Below are positions 35,946 to 43,904 of a stretch of 43,904 nucleotides of DNA, piece by piece. Positions within the stretch are counted from its first letter, which is position 1; every line of letters starts with the position of its first letter. A program made the translations under genes and the position numbers. Under the pieces are notes generated by a model, which had not been told where the DNA came from, did not search any database, and saw nothing but the letters and a program-made list of their open reading frames with translations. The DNA comes from an uncultured archaeon (lineage in GTDB: Archaea; Asgardarchaeota; Thorarchaeia; Thorarchaeales; Thorarchaeaceae): positions 1-43,904 of the forward strand of contig CAZPWM010000018.1 of the NCBI GenBank assembly GCA_964590575.1, given 5' to 3'.

Positions 35946-37460
35946 TCAGCGTCCCATGAGAAGCTCAAGCATACGGGAACTCATCTCTTTTGATGATCGA
36001 AACTCTTGCGAATGGTCGGATATTGACCTTACTAGCACAGGGCTGATTAATTGAGAAGCATTTTCCAAAGTATCTAGGCGCGTCATACCTTGTGTGGATA
36101 AAACAGTGCAACTGATATAATCATCAGGTCGCCTCCGGACCCATAAATGAAGCTCCTGTAATTTTCCCTTTGATTTCAGCGCAAGTACGTACGAATCCAT
36201 ACAAACACCATTAAAGCCCCCATTGGTTAGAGGTATTAGTTCTGGCCAAGTCCCTATTGGGGGAATCATGAAGTCGAGAGATAATAAATCCCATGACCCT
36301 TCCACAATGAGTTTGATTACAGAGTCTTCAATGTCATGCTGTATGGTGAGTGACTCATCTTTGCAGATGAACTCAGCAGGAGGCTCAGAAGACCCTGTAG
36401 AAGTTCTAAAAGGACTGTTCACAAGTGAGAGTGCGTTGCCAGCAAGAACTCGTTGAATATCTGCCAAGGTGCCAGGAAATTCTCTTGAAAGCAAATGCAA
36501 TATGATATCCATGGCTTGAACCGAAAGGAAACTAAAATCAGTTCCAAAAAGGATTTTATCCGACCATTCTCGATTTGACGAACTGAGCCGCTCATGTGCA
36601 GACTCAAAAAGAACTGGAACATCTCTGTCATGTAGTGTGGAGGTTTCTGCGAAAATCACAGGATCTTTCAAAGCCTCATAAAGACGAGAATCCCCAGGAG
36701 ACATTCCGCAGTGTGCGAGTATAACCCGCAAGCCTTTCATTGCAGCCCCACAATCGGGATCATTTCGCATCGAGTCAACAAGTCGTTTTATTCTAACGAC
36801 AGTGCGCATGTTTCGAGTGTCGAATATCACAGGTATTCCAAGTTCTCCAGCTCGTTTCACAACTTCGCGGGGTTCATTCTTCTCAATTGAATCTACGAAG
36901 AGCTGAGCTAGTGGATGTAATTTTAGACCTCTAAGTCCAAGAGATAAAACAGCTCGTTCAAGCTCGTTTACAGCAACAGGATTCCCTTTGTAAGAGCCAT
37001 CTAGAGGATTAACACGTGCAAATCCAATCAATCGTGAGGAATGAGGAGCTCTACTTGTCCATGATGCAATTTTATCATTAGATACTTTAAATGATGGTTC
37101 ACCCTTTGAAGAGGGAAAAGAATAATCATCAGTATAGGGAAAGACAATTGTTCTGTCTACAAGCCAGCCATGGTCTAGCCGCGCCCAATTGGCTTTATTC
37201 TGGAAGAGCTTGGTCGCCAATTCCGGTGCTTCAATACGCACTGGTTCGAACAGTAAACGATCGTCTTCTATAAGTGTTTGAGTCTTCTTCTGAATTTCAA
37301 ACCAAAGTTGAGCGTAGAACTCATACGCACCTGCGGGTGTATTCTTATGTCCTTTCTCGCGACCCATATGATGATGAGCATCTACAATGTAAAGTCGAAA
37401 CTCATCACCTTTCTTTATTCCGCGATTTGGTTGGTCTTCAACAGCTCGAACAACGAGCAT
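35946..37460 (-). CDS. Metal-dependent amidohydrolase (Amidohydro_2-like TIM barrel) with C-terminal extension
   Basis: DAHHH, GLKLHP, LAHCG, LFGTDF, VLAGNA. Confidence 0.85.
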   Translation of the reverse strand: MLVVRAVEDQPNRGIKKGDEFRLYIVDAHHHMGREKGHKNTPAGAYEFYAQLWFEIQKKTQTLIEDDRLLFEPVRIEAPELATKLFQNKANWARLDHGWLVDRTIVFPYTDDYSFPSSKGEPSFKVSNDKIASWTSRAPHSSRLIGFARVNPLDGSYKGNPVAVNELERAVLSLGLRGLKLHPLAQLFVDSIEKNEPREVVKRAGELGIPVIFDTRNMRTVVRIKRLVDSMRNDPDCGAAMKGLRVILAHCGMSPGDSRLYEALKDPVIFAETSTLHDRDVPVLFESAHERLSSSNREWSDKILFGTDFSFLSVQAMDIILHLLSREFPGTLADIQRVLAGNALSLVNSPFRTSTGSSEPPAEFICKDESLTIQHDIEDSVIKLIVEGSWDLLSLDFMIPPIGTWPELIPLTNGGFNGVCMDSYVLALKSKGKLQELHLWVRRRPDDYISCTVLSTQGMTRLDTLENASQLISPVLVRSISDHSQEFRSSKEMSSRMLELLMGR

Positions 37461-37598
37461 ATGTAGTCAGTTCCTCCAAAATGACGATAATCAAGCATAA
37501 GTGATAAACTATTGCTTCAGTCGTGACACACACCGTGATAGAAATCGGCACTATGCATATATCGGCTTCTGCTGATTTTCAATTAGACATATCTGGAG

Positions 37599-40259
37599 AT
37601 GCATGAAATGATAGTTGTTGAGGACATCGAAGCAAATGAGATTCATCGCTTTGTTGTCGTTGATAGTTCCATTCACCTCGGTATTATCCGTGCAGGATCA
37701 GATATACGCAAATTCGACCTAGACCGAGCATTTTCATATTATAACATGGTCGAGAATCAGCTTCATGATTTTTCATCACAATATCCTGGAGCCTTCAAAT
37801 ATTTACCAAGGAGAGTCTATGACTACCTAAAAAAACCCAAACTACTCAGTGAGTTCTATCATGGTTTAACATCAATATCACAAACAAGCTGGATTGTGGA
37901 TTATATTGTTGTAAAACCACTCATCAGATTGGGAGATACTGTACTCCCGAAACTTCAACAGAAAGCAAATGCAGAATCAATACACAGATGGGCAACTAAA
38001 CCACCCTATAGTCCTAGATTGGTTCATCTTCAGGACATGCGGTCAAACCGAAGAACTGAGCAAGGATGGGGATGTGTATTAAGAACGGAAGATCTTCAAC
38101 GTATTCTCAAAGGGTCAAACCGGGCGGATTTACTAGAATATATCAAAGCTGATAGGCCTATTTTCATTGAATTGGGCCCACCCTCTGAATTAGATCCACT
38201 TCTCGAATGGCTTGTATTTCTCAAGCAGGCAGGGCTTAAAACACCAGCTCTGATTTTGAGCGTTAAGAATCACAAAGAATGGGGCAAGAATATCACACGT
38301 CTTCTTGATGTTCCTGGTAGTAAAATTTTGACCTCAGGAGCTACGATATCGTCATTATCAACTCTCATCCGTCATATGCGGAAGAACCAGAATGATATCA
38401 ATTGGTCTAGGCGTCTCTTATTTTCATCAGCATACCCTGAAACACAATTTGGAGATAGTGTATCTGAAGTTTTCAGCTATCTCCTTAGTAGAAACCTAAC
38501 CGCTAAACCAGATGAAATTCAGAGAATACTAGGCGGAAATATACTTTCTATTCTTCCTCCCCGACCTATGTATCTTTCATATGAAGAGAACAATGCTTCC
38601 GTTATGGCTGAGGAAAGTCTTGGAAAATCTGCAATGAATGAGCTTGCACGAATTCTGCAGCTCTTGGAAGTCCGAAAGATCCTTGATATTGTTTCACTTG
38701 ATTATATGGTTGATAATGATGGAGGAAAAGTTCATCTCGATAGTGCAGTGTTAACACTGAAAGGCCCAACTTCACCCAAAGCAACAAGTATAGCCATATT
38801 ATTGGAGAAGAGCGGCGCTGTAATGGTTTCTGGATGGAAACGAGCGTTTTCGGAGAGTCTGTTAACACGAAACGGTGTTTTATTGGATACATTAGTTCGT
38901 GCAAATGCCAAGTTAGAGGGGCCAATCTATGGGTCCCTGGCTCATTTAACACGTTTTGCTCAAGCTCTTCTAACATGTCTTCAGGTGGATAATCCCAGAG
39001 AGGTTCTATCAGCTCTTCACTTTGGGGTGGAGATTGCAGAATCCGAACAAGGTGTATTCTTCATGTGCGATGAGGATATGAATGCCCTTGAAGTGACATC
39101 AGGTGATCATGTTCTTGCATTAGACTCAAATTCCGGAAAATGGGCTGCAGGTGAAGCAAGACAGCATCCGAGATGTGGTGAACGGTCCATCGTAGTTTCC
39201 GAGGTGGACGCAGCACTCTTTGGATTTCGCAACTCTTCCGTGGTCAATCTTGTAAAATATGAAGATGAGATTGCAGATATTTCGAAGGCAATTCTCTCAT
39301 ATGAAGCGCCACAAAATCTGGACAACGCAGAGCTATCGTCTTTCATCCATCTACATGAGAATGAGATACGTCGCTCTATCAATGGAATTCTAATTGGCTT
39401 GGACACTCAGTTAACTGTTGGAAGTGAGAAAAACGCTGTCAATCTGTGTTTAGAGAACTCAGAACCACAGCTCCTGCCTGGGCAAGTTGGAAGATTGACT
39501 GAAGACAAGACACACTTTCGACCTCAGCAGGCTTTCAGCGATTTCAACATCATTCTGTGTATTTCCAAAGGAATGAAAATGAGAACAAAAGATGTGTCAC
39601 TCAAGACACTTCATACAGCACGAACACAACTTGGTTTGCTTAGTAGTAAAATACCGGAACTTGGCGTATTTCTTGATGGCCTTCGTAAGAATGCATCTCG
39701 ATCGCAGATTGCAGCTCTAATTGCGCTAACTATTGTAAACACCTTGATATATAATCATACAGAAGGAAGACTAGCACTCGTAACTTTTGGAGAAACTCCA
39801 GAGAAATTCTCGATTCAGAGAGGAAAAGAAGTCCAATCCTATGTGGAGTTCTTTGATGACCTACAATCAGAAGAAGTCCTCATTTCTTTGATTTATTCAA
39901 TAATGGATGCAGTTGATGATGTTGATGGTCATGAGGATATGGCAGGTGCTTTTAGAGTCATAGCTGAGTATTTGGAGGACTTTGGGGCCGATAGACCTAC
40001 TTTGGCTCTTGTTCTCAGTAGCAGCGTAGGAACCTATGATAAGGAACATCTTTCATTCCTTAGAGCAATCTCCGAGCATGACCGGTATCGTTTAGATATT
40101 TTATCTCTGGGAATGAATGAAACCTTGAAGAGTAGTCTAAGGTTACTGAAAGGGCTGAATTCTAGAGTCCTTCCTATAGAGACTTTTTCATCACAGAAAT
40201 TTACTGGATATCTCCTAGACCTAATTGATAGTTTGAAATATGGTGCTATTGACCACTAG
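37599..40259 (+). CDS. Fusion of degenerate amidohydrolase, CDC48-N-like and degenerate VWA domains
   Basis: Collinear similarity to the 504-aa and 431-aa neighbours, with catalytic and MIDAS residues lost. Confidence 0.8.
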   Translation: MHEMIVVEDIEANEIHRFVVVDSSIHLGIIRAGSDIRKFDLDRAFSYYNMVENQLHDFSSQYPGAFKYLPRRVYDYLKKPKLLSEFYHGLTSISQTSWIVDYIVVKPLIRLGDTVLPKLQQKANAESIHRWATKPPYSPRLVHLQDMRSNRRTEQGWGCVLRTEDLQRILKGSNRADLLEYIKADRPIFIELGPPSELDPLLEWLVFLKQAGLKTPALILSVKNHKEWGKNITRLLDVPGSKILTSGATISSLSTLIRHMRKNQNDINWSRRLLFSSAYPETQFGDSVSEVFSYLLSRNLTAKPDEIQRILGGNILSILPPRPMYLSYEENNASVMAEESLGKSAMNELARILQLLEVRKILDIVSLDYMVDNDGGKVHLDSAVLTLKGPTSPKATSIAILLEKSGAVMVSGWKRAFSESLLTRNGVLLDTLVRANAKLEGPIYGSLAHLTRFAQALLTCLQVDNPREVLSALHFGVEIAESEQGVFFMCDEDMNALEVTSGDHVLALDSNSGKWAAGEARQHPRCGERSIVVSEVDAALFGFRNSSVVNLVKYEDEIADISKAILSYEAPQNLDNAELSSFIHLHENEIRRSINGILIGLDTQLTVGSEKNAVNLCLENSEPQLLPGQVGRLTEDKTHFRPQQAFSDFNIILCISKGMKMRTKDVSLKTLHTARTQLGLLSSKIPELGVFLDGLRKNASRSQIAALIALTIVNTLIYNHTEGRLALVTFGETPEKFSIQRGKEVQSYVEFFDDLQSEEVLISLIYSIMDAVDDVDGHEDMAGAFRVIAEYLEDFGADRPTLALVLSSSVGTYDKEHLSFLRAISEHDRYRLDILSLGMNETLKSSLRLLKGLNSRVLPIETFSSQKFTGYLLDLIDSLKYGAIDH

Positions 40260-40512
40260 TCCTAAGTCTAAACCCCATATGTTCAATTGCAGAAACTCGC
40301 ATCTCTAATTTATCAATTTCAATCTCTATATGATCAACAAGAGTCTGTACAACATTAATTTGCTTCATGATTTGCGGGAGCGAGTTAGATCCTTTGTCGT
40401 ACGCCTTCATAGAATTATCAAGACCAGAAGGGTTAAGGGATATCTCTTCAAGAGTTTGTATCTTTTTCTCTAAAGCACGAATTTCCCTTGCTAGGTCATC
40501 ATCAGTTTTCAC
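40246..40512 (-). CDS. Small coiled-coil protein
   Basis: Heptad-rich 88-aa ORF at the end of a minus-strand operon. Confidence 0.6.
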   Translation of the reverse strand: MKTDDDLAREIRALEKKIQTLEEISLNPSGLDNSMKAYDKGSNSLPQIMKQINVVQTLVDHIEIEIDKLEMRVSAIEHMGFRLRTSGQ

Positions 40513-40529
40513 TAGAATTCACAACCAAA

Positions 40530-41681
40530 TCAAGAGCGTATCTTTTTTATCCGCTTTTCGAGGTCTTCCAGTCGTTTTGAAAACGATTCGATTCGTTCAA
40601 TGTTATCAGACAATCGAGATTGTAAAACATCCAGCGTGTTTTGGTCCTTCATCATTGGCTCTGCGTCGGTTTCCTGCAACTTGAGCTGTGACTCAAGTGA
40701 GTATAGACGCTGCGAGAGATTGCCTAATATTTTCTCGATTTCTTTGGTTGATGATGCAATCGGTTCTTCATATCGTTCAGTAGGTAGGGGCGTTTCTGAA
40801 CTCTCGAACCCTTTGCGGGGTTCGATTATCACCTCTCGACTTCTTTTTGGATTCACAATACTCTCCCCAGAAACAATCCAGAGTGGGGTAAGGTATTTTC
40901 TAGACAAGGACTCAAGATCACTCCGATTGAAAGTCATGAATGCAGCTTTTCTTTGAGGTTGATCCCAAAGACAAGTGTCCATGGTTTTTTGACCCACGAA
41001 GACTACTGCTGCAATTCCATCTGGAATGCTCCTGAAGAGTTCCAAACCAGTGAGCCAACGTGTAATCAAAGCAGCAAATTTAGGTATTTTATTGGAAGAA
41101 CCATGCTGAATCTCGATGCTTTCAGATGATGGACTGAGTAATGCTTCTTTCATCCATTCAGATATCTTCACGTGTTTTTTAGGAAGAGAAAATACTGTCA
41201 TTTCAGCCACTTCGCCTTCAGAGGCATCTATTCTAAGCTGCTCAATATAATCTAGATTAGGTTCCTCGAAAAGCTGAGATGATTTCTTTCCAAGAGCACG
41301 AAGAAGGAAACGGATAATCTCATACGGAGATGTCTTCTGAATCTGAAATGCGATTAGTGATTGAGAACCCTGTCGACCAAAAACTATGGCAACGAATTTA
41401 CTAGCAACCAGTCCCTTTGAACCAATGATAGCTAAGGTGGTATCTTCTAATTCACCATGATCTCGCGCCAGTCTAGCAAAGCGGTCGGCAGGAATCACTA
41501 GCGATTCTTGATTATTTTTATCACGTAATTGTCCCTTCACGCCTTTTGATAAGAGACCCTGCTCTATCCAGCCAGTCTTTAACGATCCATCAGTTAGTTT
41601 TGAATGAATGTATCCAGAAATTTGTCCACTATGGTAAAGTGCCTGAAGGTGAGTAGCTATATCATTACTCAGTGAAATCAC
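40530..41681 (-). CDS. Hypothetical protein with C-terminal coiled coil
   Basis: 383 aa, 4-nt overlap with the upstream gene, C-terminal heptads. Confidence 0.7.
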   Translation of the reverse strand: MISLSNDIATHLQALYHSGQISGYIHSKLTDGSLKTGWIEQGLLSKGVKGQLRDKNNQESLVIPADRFARLARDHGELEDTTLAIIGSKGLVASKFVAIVFGRQGSQSLIAFQIQKTSPYEIIRFLLRALGKKSSQLFEEPNLDYIEQLRIDASEGEVAEMTVFSLPKKHVKISEWMKEALLSPSSESIEIQHGSSNKIPKFAALITRWLTGLELFRSIPDGIAAVVFVGQKTMDTCLWDQPQRKAAFMTFNRSDLESLSRKYLTPLWIVSGESIVNPKRSREVIIEPRKGFESSETPLPTERYEEPIASSTKEIEKILGNLSQRLYSLESQLKLQETDAEPMMKDQNTLDVLQSRLSDNIERIESFSKRLEDLEKRIKKIRS

Positions 41682-42829
41682 CCCTTGCTGGATATCATAT
41701 CATTGATTGCATCCACAACCAAGTCCATTTTATCAGTGGTACTCATATGGATTGATAATCCATTTCCTTCTTTAGCTATTGCATCCATAATGTCCGTTGC
41801 AGAATCTTCACCAACAGAAATACATAGTATTCGGATAGCACGATCACCCAAGTTTTTCCGGGTAACTTTCACTGGATTCTGACCAGCTGAATAGAATCCA
41901 CTCGAGAAGAAGATTATTGCTGTTGGAAGTCCTTGAGCTCCACTTAGCATATGAGCTATTTCCAATCCACGCTCAAGTGCGATTCCAGGGTTAGAAGGAC
42001 TGTTTGAGAACTCACCAAGTGTGGTATTAACCCATTTTCGGTATGCACCAATGAGTGATGAAGAGTGCAGGGATGTAGTTTCTGCTTCTTCACCGGTATA
42101 TGAGTTAAATGTGATGAAAGGTAGTACCTTATCCGAGAACACAATGCCTGCAAATTGAGCATCATTGCTATATCCACTAAATTTCATCTCAATTGCCTCG
42201 AGGCAATGTAGAATGGCTTCATGCCTTGAAATATAGCTATCATCCTCAATATCCACATTTGACCGGACATCAGCAACCTGTGTTGCAGCAGCCACTTCTA
42301 CAATGATGCAGAGATTACTTGATTGAGACTCCAATGCCCCCAGATGGATTTTTAGAAGATTTTTCCAAGAAATTCTTGCAGCCCTTGTGACGCTATCAGT
42401 TGGACTCAAAAACCGAACCATGAAACTAATTCCTAGATCAGATATCATAAATTCCTGACGAGTTTTAAGAATCAATCCTTCGAAGTGCTCTTGGAAATCA
42501 TCTATTCTCTGTGAAACGGCCTGAACAACAGCATGATTTTGGAGGCCTCGTTTAGAAACTATATCAAGATGAATTTCAGTGCATGTAGGGATTTTATCAG
42601 CTACACCAATCACACTGATTTCATCCTCATCGCTACAATGTAGCATATCATAGATTCGAGCATCCAAGACAATGGTTCCCTTAGGAACTTTCGTAGAATC
42701 CCGAATATCAGAAAAAACTGAATTAGAATTATAGACTAGTTCACATGTTGTAGTTGAAAGGTTCGAGGTGTCTGTCGATACAAAGCAGAGACCTTGTTGA
42801 TTCCGGCCTCGTTTTGCACGTAGTTTCAA
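41678..42829 (-). CDS. CDC48-N-like plus VWA protein with degenerate MIDAS
   Basis: GTIVLDARIYDMLHCSDEDEISV; NLCIIVEVAAAT instead of DxSxS; FFSSG instead of TDG; ISVG...MDAIAKEGNG. Confidence 0.75.
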   Translation of the reverse strand: MKLRAKRGRNQQGLCFVSTDTSNLSTTTCELVYNSNSVFSDIRDSTKVPKGTIVLDARIYDMLHCSDEDEISVIGVADKIPTCTEIHLDIVSKRGLQNHAVVQAVSQRIDDFQEHFEGLILKTRQEFMISDLGISFMVRFLSPTDSVTRAARISWKNLLKIHLGALESQSSNLCIIVEVAAATQVADVRSNVDIEDDSYISRHEAILHCLEAIEMKFSGYSNDAQFAGIVFSDKVLPFITFNSYTGEEAETTSLHSSSLIGAYRKWVNTTLGEFSNSPSNPGIALERGLEIAHMLSGAQGLPTAIIFFSSGFYSAGQNPVKVTRKNLGDRAIRILCISVGEDSATDIMDAIAKEGNGLSIHMSTTDKMDLVVDAINDMISSKG

Positions 42830-42842
42830 AGGGATACCTCCA

Positions 42843-43904
42843 TCAATAGATACGAGTGTTATAAATCTCAGTAGCTACGGAACGAGACCCATAGAATACC
42901 TCAACTCTAAGACTCGCCTTCCCCTTTGTGTCGGTCATTGGAACAAGCTTCAGTTCAAGAGTCTTGTCTGAGTTTGGACTGATATCGTGATGTTCATTTG
43001 TGACCTCAGAAACACCATCGGAGGTGACTAGAGACGCAATCACTCGAATACCTGCGACCGTAGCACTTGGGTTCTTCACTCTAAGTCTATAGTTGAATAT
43101 TTTTCCTGCGACGATATTGTTAGGAACTTCACCCAGTACTACAGTCAATTCCATTTGGGGGCGTCCTAATGGTCTTCCTTTAGGCCAACGAGCAATTCTA
43201 CCAAGCTCAAGGAGACGTGATAACGAGGTTTTGAGTTCTCTCAACTCAAGATTCAATTGTGAAGCCGCCTCACCCATATCGAAAATACCATCATTTGACT
43301 CATAGTGTGCAAGTACCTTTCGGTCTGCTTCTATGAGGTCACTCACACCTTCGAGGATTTGTAATATTGCTTTAGGGAGCTCATGTGCTTCGAGGAGGGA
43401 GTAATACTTTCCTCCATCGACAGATGCTGCTATCTTCCTGAATGATTCCTCAACTAAAGGATTACAACCACACACAAAGATGAACATGGTACTCCCAAAG
43501 TCAATTCTAAGTTGTTGGACCTCTCGAATTGGGTCATGTCCTTTTGGGCAGCCTTCAGGGAAGTAATCATCACCGATGGTGTTGTATAGTTTTCCGTGGG
43601 GTGGAGCATCGCCAACGAGGAGCAGAACCTTGTATGCATCACGGCCCCACGAAAGTTTTGTTCTAGCATCAAAAAGACCATCAGCTACAGCTTCAGGAGT
43701 ATCGCCACCTTCAGACGGTTTCAGCTCAGAAATTAGTTTATGGACACGTTTAATCTTTTCAGTGAAATCAAATACCATTGTGACATATGTTCGGTCCTGT
43801 GGAGGATGATCACGATATGATACAATTCCGAACCGTATCTCTAATCCTTCAGTGCGGGTCGTAATATGATCCACAATCTCAAAGAGACTGTCCTTAACAG
43901 CCTT
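42843..43904 (-). CDS. VWA + winged helix + Ig-like domain protein, 5' end outside the window
   Basis: FGIVSYRDH, GGDTPEAV, LSW, GDAPPHG; frame open to the window edge (KAVKDSLFEIVDH...). Confidence 0.85.
   Translation of the reverse strand, partial: KAVKDSLFEIVDHITTRTEGLEIRFGIVSYRDHPPQDRTYVTMVFDFTEKIKRVHKLISELKPSEGGDTPEAVADGLFDARTKLSWGRDAYKVLLLVGDAPPHGKLYNTIGDDYFPEGCPKGHDPIREVQQLRIDFGSTMFIFVCGCNPLVEESFRKIAASVDGGKYYSLLEAHELPKAILQILEGVSDLIEADRKVLAHYESNDGIFDMGEAASQLNLELRELKTSLSRLLELGRIARWPKGRPLGRPQMELTVVLGEVPNNIVAGKIFNYRLRVKNPSATVAGIRVIASLVTSDGVSEVTNEHHDISPNSDKTLELKLVPMTDTKGKASLRVEVFYGSRSVATEIYNTRIY

Overview
Archaeal chromosomal segment, most likely from an Asgard archaeon (Thorarchaeia-like). 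This is inferred from a Snf7/ESCRT-III gene, a presenilin-type GxGD protease, a Thr-linker C-terminally anchored solute-binding protein, TATA-like promoters and archaeal PGI/PMI. I found no rRNA, tRNA, CRISPR array or mobile element. About 40 CDS: housekeeping enzymes, an oligopeptide ABC transporter with a circularly permuted binding protein, SPFH/NfeD/CPBP membrane genes and hypotheticals. Main highlights: (1) a cluster at 33.4-43.9 kb where an amidohydrolase gene and a CDC48/p97-N-domain-VWA gene face a divergent 886-aa gene that looks like a catalytically dead fusion of both, alongside a third CDC48-N-VWA paralogue, a VWA-wHTH-Ig protein and a HEAT protein with UBM-like repeats; (2) a ChlI-type AAA+ gene ending in an A9 slippery site whose -1 frame is open and encodes transmembrane helices; (3) a 1145-aa carboxylate-amine ligase fused to Ig-like repeats next to a degenerate formylglutamate-amidohydrolase-like gene; (4) candidate small structured RNAs at 8.15-8.58 kb. 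All family calls come from motif recognition by eye; no searches were run.
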